DNA from: Octopus vulgaris
Lineage: Eukaryota
NCBI GenBank assembly: GCA_951406725.2
Contig: OX597826.1
Coordinates: 10,168,001 to 10,232,000, forward strand
Reading direction: 5' to 3'
Length of the DNA stretch: 64,000 bases
Made by a program: the position numbers and the translations under genes
Shown here: positions 25,321 through 39,208 of the stretch, piece by piece
How the letters are laid out: every line of letters starts with the position of its first letter
Position numbering within the stretch: position 1 is the stretch's first letter
The notes under the pieces: model-generated
Database searches by the model: none
Seen by the model: the letters and a program-made list of their open reading frames with translations, nothing else
Told to the model about the DNA's origin: nothing

Positions 25321-25804
25321 GTAAGTATTTGAATATTTTATTTCATTTCTCTGTTGGTCAGTTTGTGTTTGTTGTTGTGCTTGTGGTTGTCACACTTCTC
25401 CGTTTCCACACTGAATTTACATCGTTGGTAGTTTTGAGTTTAGCTCTGCAATGTCAACAAAACTGTCATCAATTACGCTTTTGTCAGCTACAGATGTAAG
25501 CTGCATCTCATTCTCTCTCTCTCTCTCTCTCTCTCTGGTGTGTTTTTGGTGTTTTATTTTAAAACTCAATTCTTTATATAAACCGTAGGATTATCACTGC
25601 TGAAATGCTTTCCATCATAGTTTTCTTTATCTTCCCTTCAGATCATACTTTACCGTCATAAATTAGGAAAGGATGCATTGAAGTATTATATATGTGTGTG
25701 CGTTGTGTGTATGTATATATATATCATCATCAAATGATGATGATGATGATGATATATACATACATACACACATGTAAACACACACACATATATATATTTT
25801 GTAA

Positions 25805-26290
25805 ATCGAAATTGAACCAAATTCGAGGACTGGCACCCATGCCAGTGGAGCGCTAACAGCTCCATCCGAGTGGGATCATTGCCAGAGCAGTTAACTGGCT
25901 TCCATGCCGGTGGCACGTAAAAAGCACCATTTGAGTGTGATTGTTACCAGCATTGCCTTACTGGCACTTGTGCCGGTGGCACGTGAACAAAACATTCGAG
26001 CGAGGTTGTTGCCTGTGCCGCTGGACTGACTCCTGTGCAGGTGGTACGTAAAAAACACCATCCAAACATGGCCATTGCCAGAACTGCCAGACTGGCCCTT
26101 GTGCTGGTGGCACATAAAAGAACCCACTTCACTCTCAGGGTGGTTGGCATTAGGAAGGGCATCCAGCTGTAGAAACACTGCCAGATCAGACTGGAGCCTG
26201 GTGCAGCCTCCTGGCTTCCCAGACCCCAGTCAAACTGTCCAACCCATGCTAGCATGGAAAATGGACGTTAAACGATGATGATGATGATGA
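25805..26290 (+). mobile_element. RTE-LINE 3' UTR copy (variant subfamily)
   Basis: Tandem units plus the conserved 3' end and (GAT)n tail. Confidence 0.75.
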
Positions 26291-28106
26291 CTAAAGTTAT
26301 TGCTACAGGAAGAAGTCTGTGAAATTGCTACAATCCTTAAGATGTCAAATGGTTAAGTAAATATATTTATCTCTCTTACTGCCTGGTTTTTTTATGCTAT
26401 AAATATGTGTGTGTGTGTGTGTATATATATATTTATATATATATATATGTATATATACATATATATATGCACACACACACATATATATACATATACATAT
26501 ATACACACACATATATATATATATTCACACACATGAACACATATATATGTATAATGATATTGAGAATATCTAAAAGAAGATGCTTCTTCTTCATTCACCA
26601 TTGGTGTATGTAGATTGACCAGAATGAATACAATTTGATGGCATTAAATTGCATCCAACAATCATTGGGTGTTTCAGCATGTCTACCAAATCCAGTCACA
26701 AGGCTTTGGTTTGTCCTGGGCTATAGCAGTAGACATTTACCCAAAGTGCCACACAGTGGGACTGAACCTGAAACTAGGTTGTTTGGGAAGCAAACTTCTT
26801 ACCTGACAGCCAATCCGGTGTATTCTGTAAATAACAAAAATTAAGAATCCATTAAAAAAGTCCAACAGAAAATGTTAATGATACAGTATTGTAAGGTACT
26901 GCTTTCCAGACTTATTTAGTTATGGAACCCTTATACAATTTTCCAAAAACCATCCATATCAATATCCATATTGATCTTCATATTTTATGGACTGCCTCCT
27001 GATTTTAAAGCATTAAATGAAACTAAACTTGTTTTACAGAGATAATTTGTTCATAAAAAGAGACAACATTTAATGACTTGGTATTTTGGAAATGATGAAG
27101 GCCATCTTTTCCACATTGGCACAGGAACTCTATGAGTAAGGAGCTTGCTTCCTAACCATATGGTTTTGGAACTGCATCCAAAACTGTGTGGCACCTTGGG
27201 AAAGTATCATGCACCAATCAAAGCTTTGTGAGTCAGTTTGGTTAAGGAAAACTAAAAGAAGCCCATCATATATATATATATATATATCACCATGATTACC
27301 GTGACCGACCAGGCTATCAGATGTTGCTACACATCGCTGGTCACCATGCACTTCGCATTGTTTTAGCCTTCAAATGACACCACCCCGTTGGCTAAGTGAG
27401 CAGGCCAACAGAAGAAAGAGTGAGAGAAAGTTGTGGCGAAAGAGTACAGCAGGGATTCCACTTTGAGAAACATTGCTGTGAGGCATATTTGTGTTGTGAA
27501 CATTTACTTGTGAGTAAATAAAAATAAACAAATATTAAAATTAAAGAACATTTATGAATTTTCATGTCTATATAAGGAACGTAGGTAGACAAAGTTAATT
27601 ATCCATTCAGATGCATATCTTCATTAATGATATTTTTAATCAAGCAATCTAAAATATAGATTAGTTGGTAATGCAGGTATGTTTGGAGATCATTTTGTGA
27701 TTAAAAGAAGTTAACAAAATCAGAGGGAAAATAATATTTCATTATATTATTTTGTTTTAAATTGTTGTCAGTTCTTACATATTTAATCAAGGTGTATTAA
27801 ACATAAACATTCAGACATTTGACTAAAATTATTTTTCCTCACCTCATATTTATTTCCAGTTAATGTTTTAAATGCTCCCGTCGTTTCATCCATCCATCTT
27901 CTCCACCCACATTTCCTGGGAGGGTCATAAGGACAGTGTCCTCAGGCACCTTCTCCAAAGGGTCCTATCAGAAGCAACCATCGTCACACTTTCTGGCTGT
28001 ATTCCTACGCATGAGCAACTGAGACCAGTGGTTATTACCCAAACATCTCATTCTTGGTCAACCTCTCGGTTTCCCATCAGTTGGTTTGACTTGAAGAATC
28101 TGTCCT

Positions 28107-28472
28107 ATGGTTGTGAAACTGTTTCCGGAGGGCAATGCAGTCTTTCAGGATGATAATGCACCAATTCACACACCTAAAGTTGTTACTGAATGGCACGAGG
28201 AACGTTCTAGTGATCTCAATATTATTGAAAATTTATGGTGCATTTTAGAAAAATATGTAAGGAGTCGATATCCTCCACCATCATCACTACAAGAACTAGA
28301 GACTGTCTTAGCTGAAGAATGGACAAAAATTCCTTTGGAAACAATTCAAACTTTGTATGAGTCCATACCTCAGAATTCAAGCTGTAATTACTGCCAAAGG
28401 CGGTCCTACCTCATATTAAAATAAATTGCTTTGAAATTTTAAGGTGTTTCCATTATTTTGTCCAACCCTTGT
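28107..28472 (+). mobile_element. Tc1-like transposase 3' remnant
   Basis: VFQDDNAPIH...SDLNIIENLW...SLQELETVLAEEWTKIP. TIR-like end ...ttttgtccaacccttgTA. Confidence 0.85.
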
Positions 28473-28802
28473 ATATATATTCGTGTTTATACAATCAGAT
28501 TCCAGATTCGAAAGAGATTGGTGTTGGTCTCTGCACCAGCAAAACTTGTATTAATTAGTAAAATCAACAAAAAAGTGTACCGTGAACTTACTGTGGGGAG
28601 AGGGGAAAACGCAATGTTTCAGACAGAATCCTTTGTCAGGGAAAAGTTGCCAGGAGAGGAATAAAAGAGAGATGGCTGTTTTACATCCTCTAAGCTGGAA
28701 AAACTGGCTCTCAATGTTTACAGACTCTCAATGTTCTGTCCCCTATGGCATGTTCACTGTACTTTTTTGCCAATTTTAAATATATATACATATGTATATA
28801 TA

Positions 28803-29845
28803 TCATCATCATCGTTTAACGTCCGTTTTCCATGCTAGCATGGGTTGGACGGTTCAATTGGGGTCTGGGAAGCCAGGAGGCTGCACCAGGCTCCAGTCTG
28901 ATCTGGCAGTGTTTCTACAGCTGGATGCCCTTCCTAATGCCAACCACTCTGTGAGTATAGTAGGTGCTTTTTACGTGCCACCAACACAGGGGCCAGAGGA
29001 GGCTGGCAATGGCCATGATTGGTTGGTGTTCTTTTACGTGCCACCGGCACGGAAGCTAGTCAAGGTGGCGCTGGCATCGGCCATGTTTGGATGGTGCTTT
29101 TTACGTGCTACTGGTATGGGTATCATAACTACAACTTCCATTTGATATTTATTTTGATGTTGATGTACTTGACTCAATAGGTCTCCTCAAGCATAGCAGG
29201 TCACCCCACAATCCAAGGTAAGCACAGCAGGTTGTTCTACAATCCAAGGTACTTTTGAATGGGCTGGGGCTGGTTATGCAAAACTGGTGTAGGATACAGC
29301 CGTGAACTCACTTTATTTGTCGGGTCTTCACAGTCACAGCATATCTCCAGAGGTCTCGGTCTTTCGTCATTGCCTCTGTGAGACCCAACGTTTGAAGGTC
29401 ATGCTTGACAACCTCATCCCATGTCTTCCTGGGTCTACCTCTACCCCGGATTCCTCCAACAGTTTGAGAGTGGCACTTCTTCACACATCTCTCCTCATCC
29501 ATCCATAGTACATGACCATACCAGCGCAAATGTCTCTCTTGCATGCCACTTCTGATGCTTCTTATGTCCAACATTTCTCTCAGGGCACTTACACTCTGTC
29601 ATGTGTGCACACTGACATTACACATCCAGCGAATCATGCTAGCTTCATTTCTTTTGAGCCTACGCATGTCTTCCACAGTCACGGCCCATGTTTCACTAAC
29701 GTGAAGCATGGTAGTTTGCACACATGCGTCGTACAATCTACCTTTCACTCTGAACGAGAGGCCCTTTGTCACCAGTAGGGGAAGAAGCTTTCTAAACTTT
29801 GCCCAGGCTATTCTTATTCTAGTGGTAACACTCTATGAGCATCCA

Positions 29846-29846
<1 letters not shown>
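28803..29846 (-). mobile_element. 5'-truncated RTE LINE: ORF2 C-terminus plus full 3' UTR
   Basis: ERHLRWYGHVLWMDEERCVKK...GGIRGRGRPRKTWDEVVKHDL...AMTKDRDLWR, stop at 29308, followed by about 500 nt of UTR ending in (GAT)n. Confidence 0.88.
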
Positions 29847-29901
<55 letters not shown>

Positions 29902-30138
29902 CGGGTGCAGAAATGTTCCTGACTCTAAGGGTATTGCAAAAGGCCTGGTTGAAGGCCCATCCATCCAAGTTCTTTTACCAGGCTTAGAAAAACTGAAGGA
30001 CTGCTGCAATAAATGGTGTGAATTTGAGAGAACATGTTGAATAATATCATAATTAACTGATCCTCCTGCACTTTTTCTCCAAAGCCAGGAACTTTACACC
30101 ACATCTTTGTGTGTGTGTGTGTGTGTGTGTATATAAAT

Positions 30139-30400
30139 ATATTATATAAAATCTGTTCTGGCTGTCTGTGTATATGTCTTCTAGGATCTTGGGCATCCTC
30201 CACCCGATTGCACTTAAATTTGATATGTAGATACCAACAGTATCAGGGCGTGTATAAGTCTTGAAAAAATTACAAAAATCGATTCCAGGTGAGAATGGAA
30301 TCGATAAAGCCATGGGAACGTGCATTTGTAAAATCGCTTTTCTTGGAATAGAAAAAAAGTCTATCTTTATTTCTTCTTTTGCTGGTGTCTCAAATTTAGG
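30139..30400 (+). mobile_element. Helitron/HINE-like non-autonomous 5' fragment
   Basis: atattatataaaatctg...ctgtctgtg...cacccgattgcacttaaatttgat resembles DINE-1/HINE 5' ends. Confidence 0.4.
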
Positions 30401-30544
30401 TTAAATCAGTGTTTCTCAAAGGGGAGGCCTATGGGACGGTCGGACAAGTTGTTTTGAGAAAATTTGGTTTAAATGTTTGACAACTCAGCACCGTCCATTG
30501 GACGAGGGGGGGGGGGCGTTTTGCTCATATATATATATATATAT

Positions 30545-31175
30545 CCTTAAATCCTTAAATCCTTAAATCCTTAAAAATATTTTAGCCTGAAGGCCGCGGC
30601 CATGCTGGGGCACCACCACTGAATGAGCTACACTAATATGTGAATCCACCTCTGATATGTGGCACTTGATCAACAAGGGAGTTCGATGCTGCTGCCCGCA
30701 TCTGCGTCTCCTGTCATGAGGTAGGTTCATCTGGGGCTCCCGACAAGAAGAGATCCAGTTTAGTTTTAAAGAAACCCACATCCACACCATGTAAGTCTCT
30801 TAGGCATTTAGGGAGGATGTTAAAGAGCTGTGGTCCTCTGAAACCCTAGCTGTTGCAGTATCTGGACCTGTATTTTGATGGTGATGTTGGAATCTTTGGC
30901 ACCATGCAGTGGCACCCTGTTCTGCGGTTGGGGTAACTTTGAATGCCAAAGTTTGGGACAAGACCCTCCAGGATTTTCCAGATGTATATCACCGCATATC
31001 TCTCCCGTCTCTGCTCTAGGGAGAAGAGGTTTAATACTTTCAGTCTTTCACAGTAGCTGATATTTTGCATTGAGACGATCTTCTTTGTGTAGCTTCTCTG
31101 AATTGCTTCGAGTTCTGCTGTTAGTTTTATATTGTGTGGTGACCATAGTTGGGAGCAGTAGTCCAAGTGGCTGAT
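30545..31175 (-). mobile_element. CR1-type LINE 3' fragment
   Basis: HLDYCSQLWSPH...LEAIQRSYTK...SYCERLKVLNLFSLEQRRER, with a (GGATTTAA)n tail. Confidence 0.88.
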
Positions 31176-31179
31176 ATAT

Positions 31180-32500
31180 CAGTATAAGATAAATTGTATG
31201 AACTGTTAGTAATTATGCAGATTTTATAATATTAAGTACATACGACTTAGTACAAATATGATGTAGTTTTATTATGAAGAAGGTTTAGTTTTTCTCTTTA
31301 ATGAACATATATTTTGTATCAGATGTAAAATTTAATATTATAATGAAATAGTAACCAGAGAAATGTATTATTAATGTATTATTGGAAAAACATAATCTAA
31401 AATAAAGGAAGTGATGTGGTGGTGGAAGAGTGTTTGTGTAATTATATATCTGTATTGGATATATTACTGTTTTCTGGATAAAGAAAACCATTAACATTAT
31501 AGGTGATAATTAGAAGGATTGAGAGAGAAATACCGACAGGATGTTGAATTAGAAATAAAATTGTACTTGTAAGAACTGTAGAAATGTAAATCTAGTTCTA
31601 ATATAATTATAGAGTTATAAATTTAAAGGTAAGTTATCTAAAGGTTGAGTCAATAATGAGATAATATGTGTGTGTTTGTGTGTGTGTGATTAAGTACTAT
31701 TAGGTGTAATGAAATTATTAGGGTGGCCCCAATTTATATGTGTATGTGTGCAGGTATATACATTTATAAATTATTGGGCATATTCTAATATTATGTCCTT
31801 TGTTCCTACTAAAATAAATAAAAAGGTAGTTCATTAATTTTTGAAATTTGGCTTCTGGTAGGAGCTAGTGAAGATAGTTGGAAAAGAGGAAAGCTATAGT
31901 CGGGCTGTGGTGGAAGTTAGTTATAGAGGCTACGACTTCATCTATGTAGCATAGGCAATAAATTTGTCAGGAAATGACAAATTCATTGTCATTTCGCAGA
32001 GACTAAATGACACTAATATTAGAGAAAGTTAAATTTATCATCATTTATTGTATATTGTACATTGGTTAGAGAAGTATGAATGGAATATGGTTAAGTAAAT
32101 TTTAAAGTATTTATGTCAGATTTTGTTGTAATAGTCAGTATAAGTTGGATAGTAGTTTCTTAACAATAGTCAAAAATCATTAGATATGGATGCATAGTAT
32201 TAATGTTAGAGGAAAGTGGCAAGAAGTAGGTAATAAAATTTTGCAATTATGGGTTGTGGAATAAAGGAAAATGTTTAGATTTATAATTTTGATATAGTTA
32301 AGTTCAATGTTCCAGTAATCAAAAGTTTTAGTACAATGAGAGATTATATAAAATATCAAGTATGAAAGTTTGATTTGTAGAATGAGATGGAATAAGATGT
32401 TAATCTGATAAAGGGTCATGAGTTGGAACTAGTAGGTGGTGAATGTGGAGGTATTATGTAAAATATTTACTTGTTAGTAGAGTTGTTCAAGAGTTTGAAA
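31180..32500 (-). pseudogene. Possible highly decayed Penelope-like RT/EN region
   Basis: FLYSTTHNCKILLPTSCHFP weakly echoes the PLE LY.KPT...YL...S.HP motif. Otherwise unalignable by eye. Confidence 0.3.
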
Positions 32501-32544
32501 TGTCAGGAAGTTTCAATCTCTGCTGGTTTGCTTGCTTGTCACCG

Positions 32545-33203
32545 CTCAACTCATGGACACAAGCAATGATTTCTTTACTGAATCGTTACTGGCGACGAAA
32601 AATGGTGCCTGTACATCAATATGAAGCAGAGTAAGGAATGGCTTAGCCTTGGTAAACAAGCGTCACCACATGTGAAACAAGATCTTCATCCGCGTAAAAC
32701 AATGGTGGGAATGGGAAGGGATTATCCATTACGAATTGCTTGAATGGAACCAGACGGTCAACGTGGAACTCTATGTTCAACAGATAGAATGACTCAACAT
32801 GGCTATTCAAGAGAAAAGAACTAATCAGCAGCATGGAGTTCTTCTGCTGCACGACAACGCCCGCCCTCATATCACCAGTATGACCAAGGAAGCATGGCTG
32901 GGAAGTGCTTATTTGGCATCTCCTGATTTGGCACCAATGGATTTCCACCTCTTTCGATCTCTTTCAAATGCTATGTGCGGAGTTTCATTCAATACTGATG
33001 TAGAATTGAGAGCTTGTGTTGGATAAGTTTTTCGAGTTGAAATCGGGTGATTTCTACCAACGAGGTATTGAAAATCTTGTTGAATGTTGGGAAGAACAAC
33101 AAGGGTGAATACATTATTGATTAATTAGTTGGTTTTTTTTTTATTAAACCTTTAGAAAAATTTGAATTTAAAAAAACGGCGGGAACTTAGTTGCCAACGC
33201 AAT
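32545..33203 (+). mobile_element. Mariner transposase remnant
   Basis: GVLLLHDNARPH...SPDLAPMDFHLFRSL. TIR-like end gaacttagttgccaacgcaaTA. Confidence 0.85.
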
Positions 33204-33556
33204 AGATAGATAAATATATGTATGTGCTTGTTTGTGTATATTAGTGTTCACCCATATACATCATTACAGCTATTTTCTTACTAGAGTTAATATTTAAACA
33301 AAATAAAACCGAGATATAAAAGTACAATACAGCTGTTTAAATAAAACTATTGTGTTTTTTTAAAATAATACTTCATTTTTGGTTAATTAAAGACATACTC
33401 ACAAATGCTTAATGAAAATATATTTTGACAATTTAGATGTTATTCTTTGAAAGTACACTTTCTTTTCCATGTTTTGAAGAATATTATTTTTGATGGATTG
33501 ACACTATAATTATATTGAAATGAAAGATTACTTCTGATTTATTTCTTCAATATCAA

Positions 33557-33738
<182 letters not shown>

Positions 33739-34184
33739 ATGATGTAATATCATACTGAAATATTTTCAGAACATCAAATTGATGTTATATATTTTAAAAA
33801 TGCACACACGTGTGCATGCACACACATACACATGCATGCATGCATGCATGCATGCATGCACATGCACATGTGCACATACTCTCTCTCTCTCTTACTTTTT
33901 CCCTTTCTCTTTTTGTCTCTCTCTCTCTCTTTCTCCTTTGACTTTGTCTTTCTTTCTGTCTGTCTCTCTACCCCCACCTCTACCCTCAGTAACCATCTCT
34001 ATCTCTTTTCCTATCTCACCTTTTCTCTGTATATCTGAAACTGTATCTGTCCTTTCAGTTTCTGTATCTATTTCTCACTAGGATGTCTGAAATTTCTACC
34101 CTTACCCTCTCTCAGTTGTAGCATTGTTCTTCTTCTCATACCTATCTCACATATACGCACCTGACTGTTTTTATAAATACAAAG

Positions 34185-34595
34185 GTGTAGGAGTGGCTGT
34201 GTGGTAAGTAGCTTGCTTACAAACCAAATGGTTCTGAGTTCAGTCCCACTGTGTGGTACCTTGGGCAAGTGTCTTCTACTACACCCTCAAGCTGACCAAA
34301 GCCTTGTGAGTGGATTTGGTAGACGGAAACTGAAAGAAGCCTGTCGTATATGTATATATATGTGTGTATGTATATGTGTGTGTATGTTTGTGTGTCTGTG
34401 TTTGTCCCCCCCAACATCGCTTGACAACCGATGCTGGTGTGTTTATGTCCCCATAACCTAGCGGTTCGGTAAAAGAGACTGATAGAATAAATACTAGGCT
34501 TACAAAGAATAAGTCCTGGGGTCGATTTGCTCGACTAAAGGTTGTGCTCCAGCATGGCCACAGTCAAATGACTGAAACAAGTAAAAAGAGAATAA
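34185..34595 (+). mobile_element. CORE-like (OR-type) SINE, full length
   Basis: Family consensus. Confidence 0.85.
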
Positions 34596-34892
34596 AATAT
34601 ATATATATATCTATAATGATGAATTGTATTATGTAGTGATACATGTGAGTTGTTTATTCTGAAAAAGTAATTAAAAAGATAATGAAGAGGAAAATAACCA
34701 TCCAACTATCTTACAGCTACTTACCATATCAATCTTTAAAAGAACAGAATGCAAAGAAAATTTAGATAGGATTTGAACCTTGCTACTCGAGGCAGCATAA
34801 CTATATTCCATTTATAAGCATTTAATCTGGTTCTCCTTTACACAGCTTTTCCCTTTTTCAGTAAAATCCTTATCACTGAGTAACTCATTATT

Positions 34893-35019
34893 CAGGGTGT
34901 CCACAAAGTCTGGGTACATGGAGTAAATAAAATCAAAACATAAACAATTAAATATAAGAAATAATTATTTCTTAAAGTATGTGTTAATCCCCATCTACCC
35001 AGACTTTGTGGACACCCTG
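34893..35019. mobile_element. Small Tc1/mariner-type MITE
   Basis: TIR cagggtgtccacaaagtctgggta / tacccagactttgtggacaccctg, followed by TA. Confidence 0.75.
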
Positions 35020-36341
35020 TATAACTAAATTTCTATTAACATTTAGATCCAAATGCTACTGATTGTGTTTAACAATACAACTCTCACATAAGAAAACAAT
35101 AAGTACTTTTGCAACAAAGCTGGAGTCCTTTCATTTCTTCTTGGTTATTAACCATTATTTATTATGGTATTTACATATAAGAGAATAAGGTGTACGTACG
35201 CTGCAATAATATATATATGTAAAATACAAAATGGGACAACGACGCAAAACATTCAAATAGATGATACAAAAAACACGGACGGGTCATTCGAAGCCTCTAA
35301 TCTTCAGTCAAGAACCAGATCATCCTCGCAATTTTGGCTGATTAATTTTGAGATTGCTCCGATCTGGCCAGCCCCAAGGAAAAACTAAGCCAAGAGCATT
35401 AGATTTCTTGGAAAAAGGATCGAATGTATACGAAGCAAGGACAGAAAAACGGACAATGTTACACAAATATAAATACAGAAAACAAAAAATATTTATTATG
35501 GTATATAGTATAGCACTAGGATTTATTACACTCACACATGTTTAAATATAGTAGATAGTACAGTTATTGCCAGCACTGATCGGGTGTACCTTTGATCAGA
35601 GATTTTCCAACTGAAATTATCCCATCTTTCGCAGATGTACAGAAGACTGATTATGAACTCTTTTTTTTTTCAAGAAATTAAGATGTAATTTGAGGGAATT
35701 ACAGCTATTTCTAGTGACCATGTTTAGGTTCCATTATTAGTTTGTAGAATATAAAGGTTTTAAAAGAAGAAATAAAATGAAGAATGTGATATCCGTGTTC
35801 TTTATGTCATATTTGTGGTCTTCCATAAACAACCTTGCCTGGACTTGTGCCTCAAAGGAGAACTTTCTCGGTGCATTCCCATGGTCCTTACTCTTTACCT
35901 TTTATATCTGAATTAAAATATGAAATAGAAGAATCGAGTTGGAAGCAATGTAAAACTTCATGGGTAATGGATTTTTCGGGTTAGTGAACAAGATCCCTGA
36001 CTCTTCTAACTAAACTTATTTTGAGGTTCACTTATTATTCAGTTAGCAAGCAAATTCCTGCCTTTTAGCTACAAAGTATCAAGCAAGGGATTCTAATCTA
36101 TGGAAGTTTAGTGGAATTAATGTTTAGTTTAAACTGTGAAAGGTTTGTGGTAGAAATGGTAATGTGATAGACAAAACAACTTCATCATCATTAGCGTCAC
36201 CATTTAATATCTATTTTCTTTGCTGGTTTGGGTTGAATGGTTCAACAGGGGCTGGTGAACAGGAGGACTGTGCCAAGCTCCAATGTCTGCTTTGATGTGG
36301 TTTCTACAGCCAGGTGCCCTTCCTAATGCCAATCACTTTAC

Positions 36342-36635
36342 ATGGCCTAGTGGTTAGAGCAGTGGACTCGTGGTCGAGGAGTCACAGGTTCGAATCTCAG
36401 ACCGGGCAATGTGTGTGTTTATGAGTGAAACACCTAAGCTCCATACGGCTCCGGCAGAAGGTAATGGTGAACTTCTGCTGACTCTTTTACCACAACTTTC
36501 TTTCACTCTTTCCCCCTGCATCTTGTAGCTCACCTGTGACGGACTGGCGTCCCATCCAGGTGGGGAACCTATATGCCAAGGAAAGCGGGAAACTGGTCCT
36601 ATAAACCAGGCATGGCTTGAGAAGGAAACAAAAAG
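36342..36635 (+). mobile_element. tRNA-derived SINE (family E)
   Basis: Box A tggcctagtgg, box B ggttcgaatc, V-domain-like cctgtgacggactggcgtcccatccagg. Inverted copy at 42620-42928. Confidence 0.75.
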
Positions 36636-38569
36636 AAATCACTTTACTGCATGCATTTTATGCTGGCACCAGCACCAATGAGGTCACCAATTAACTTGTA
36701 AGATAAGTGCCCCCCAACTGTGGTAGATTTTAGCATTGGAGGAAGAGTCTTTATGCCAGATGATGAGAGTTTAAAGTATGATAGAGGCACAAGAACAGGT
36801 GTCTTGCTGTTAGGGGAGATGCATGGTTCCCCAACTGAAAGAGAGAGAAGATGGTGGTGGGGATGTGTCAGGGCATACCCTTGAGTTACAGGAAGGGTAC
36901 AGTTAAGAGAAATGGTACAGCGGATTGAACAGGGTGAGTGGGTAGGTAAGTTTAAATGAGTATGGAAAGATAGTTTTTTGTGGTATGTAAGTGATGGCTC
37001 TTTTCATTCTGAGTTCAAATCTTGCCAAGGTTGACTTAACATTTCATTTGGTGGTGGTGGGGAGATAAATATCAATTATATATCAGGATTAATTAACAAA
37101 TTAAGTAATGCCCCCTATTCTTCCACATTAAAAAAACCCCAGATTTCTGGTCATGTGCCAATTTTGAAGTCAACATTCAATTTGGAATGTGGAAGGAGGT
37201 TAGTGATTAGAAGGAAAAAAAGTGAACAAGGAGCAAATTCTAACTTGTGCATTGGATAAATATATAATCTAAATTACTGATGTGTTAAATTACTTGCTGT
37301 TTCCTTGAAGGGTAATTTTCCCCTTAATCAGAAATGTGTTTCACGGAAGATTAGTTTACAAGCATCAAGTGATGCCAGTACGCAAGCAAACACATGGACA
37401 TACAAACATATGCATGCACACAATTGACGAGCTACTTTCAGTTTTTGTATACAAAATCTCCTCACAAAGCTTCAGTCAGCTCAGGGCTACAGTAAAAGAC
37501 ATTTGCCCAAAGTATTGTACAATGAAACTGAACCCAAGACTGCATGGTTGGGAAGCAACCTTCTTAACCACATAGCCACACAAGAGCACTCGGTTGGTTA
37601 TGACGATGAGGGTCCCAGCTGATATGATCAATGGAACAGCCTGCTCATGAAATTAATGTGTAAGTGGTTGAGCACTCCACAGACATGTGTACCCTTAATG
37701 TAGTTCTCGGAGAGATTCAGCATGACACAGAGTATGACAAGGCTGGTCCTTCGAAATACTCATCATCATCATTGTTCGACCGTGGTCGAGACAATGGAAT
37801 TTACCATGTTACGCCAGACTTCACGATCCATCATAGCATTACAGAGGTCCTGTTGCTGGATGCCTGTATCCCTGGAGATTACATCAGGGTAGGAGAGTGT
37901 GCGCCCTCTGGTATTGCTAGCAGATGGCTTCCAGAGGAGAAGAGTAGAAATTACCTCGTTTTCAGCTCTACAACAATGTCCAGCAAACTGGACTCTCCTA
38001 CCTTACACAAGAGATGATACAGGTGGTAATTTCCCATATATTTGCATTTTGGTTGGATGACGCTTCCACGAGAGATTTTGAAATACAGGTGCAACTCATT
38101 TTTGCCAGCTGAGTGGACTGGAGCAACGTGAAATAAAGTGTCTTGCTCAAGGACACAGCACACCACCAGGAATTGAACTCGTAACCTTATAATTGTGAGC
38201 CGAATGCCCTACTCACTAAGCCACGTGCCCTCACAATAGCCACACATATGTCTATTATAGTAATCATCATCATCATCATCATCATCATCATTATCACCAT
38301 CATCATCATTTAACGTTTGTTTTCTATGTTTTGGCATGTTTTCTATGGCTGGATGACCATCCTAATGCCAACCAGTTTATAGAGTGTACTGGGTGCTTTT
38401 TATGTGTCACCTGGACAGGTGTTTTACATGTGGCATCAGCACAGGTGCTTTATATGTGGAACCAGCATGGCTGCTTACCATGTAGCACTGGCACAGGAGC
38501 TTTTTACATGGCTCCGAGTGTGTGCTTTTCTATGTGGCACCAGCATGGGTCCAGTAAATAAATAATTAT

Positions 38570-39015
38570 CGATCTTTTCGGTTTGAACGGCAGTTTTTAA
38601 CATAATTTCTAGGTAACTAAAAAATGTTAAACTTCGTATACTGGTAGAATGTGTTTATAAAACATCTTTTTCTCTTGGCTTTATTGAGAAAATTCTATAG
38701 TTTGTAAGATATTTGTTGGTTTTTTTTCTTCAATTTCTGCAATTTCAACCAATCACTGACGTCTATTGAGGTAAAAAAACATTCTGTGCCGTATGAATAT
38801 GTCCCTCGTTTAAGAAACAGATTGGGTTTATTTACATTTGTGAAGAAAAAGAGATACCATTCCCCCACCCCTAACCCTAACCTTAACCCTAACCCTAACT
38901 AACCCTAACCCTAAAATAGATTGACATGCAATAGATCGATACTAGGGTCATAATTATGGTTGACAATTTCATATGACACCGCTAGAAAAAACTGGCGTTC
39001 AAACCGAAAAGATCC
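38570..39015. mobile_element. GGATC-TIR MITE copy 3 with expanded (TAACCC)n
   Basis: TSD ATAATTAT at 38562-38569 and 39016-39023. About 7 telomere-like units at 38868-38913. Confidence 0.9.
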
Positions 39016-39074
39016 ATAATTATATTTCTCTACAATCAATGAATGAGTTTGTTTTCTACCCTTTTTCTTTTCAG

Positions 39075-39208
39075 CTTTCTCCAGTTGCATATAAGCCATT
39101 TGTGCTTAGGAATATTCAGCAGGTGACAAAAGACAGCTTTTGCTACCGCTTCTGTGCACCCACTGAGCATCCTCTTAATATTAATCTGGGGCAGCATGTT
39201 ATTCTCAG
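39075..39208 (+). CDS. CYB5RL: CYB5RL coding exon 2 (FAD-binding domain start)
   Basis: Acceptor ctttttcttttcag, then LSPVAYKPFVLRNIQQVTKDSFCYRFCAPTEHPLNINLGQHVILR, donor AG|GTATCT (phase 2). Resembles the cytochrome b5 reductase-family segment ...T.D...RF..P....L.L..GQH.ILR. Confidence 0.92.

Noticed and set aside
28609-28643. Degenerate HHR-like motif on the - strand (CTGACAA-AGGA..TCT-GAAACATT); similar relics near 3185-3236 and 33320-33555
   Set aside because: Core and stem I are too decayed to call without a family consensus.
38868-38913. Telomere or chromosome-fusion scar
   Set aside because: The TAACCC tract is internal to a TSD-flanked MITE present in three copies.
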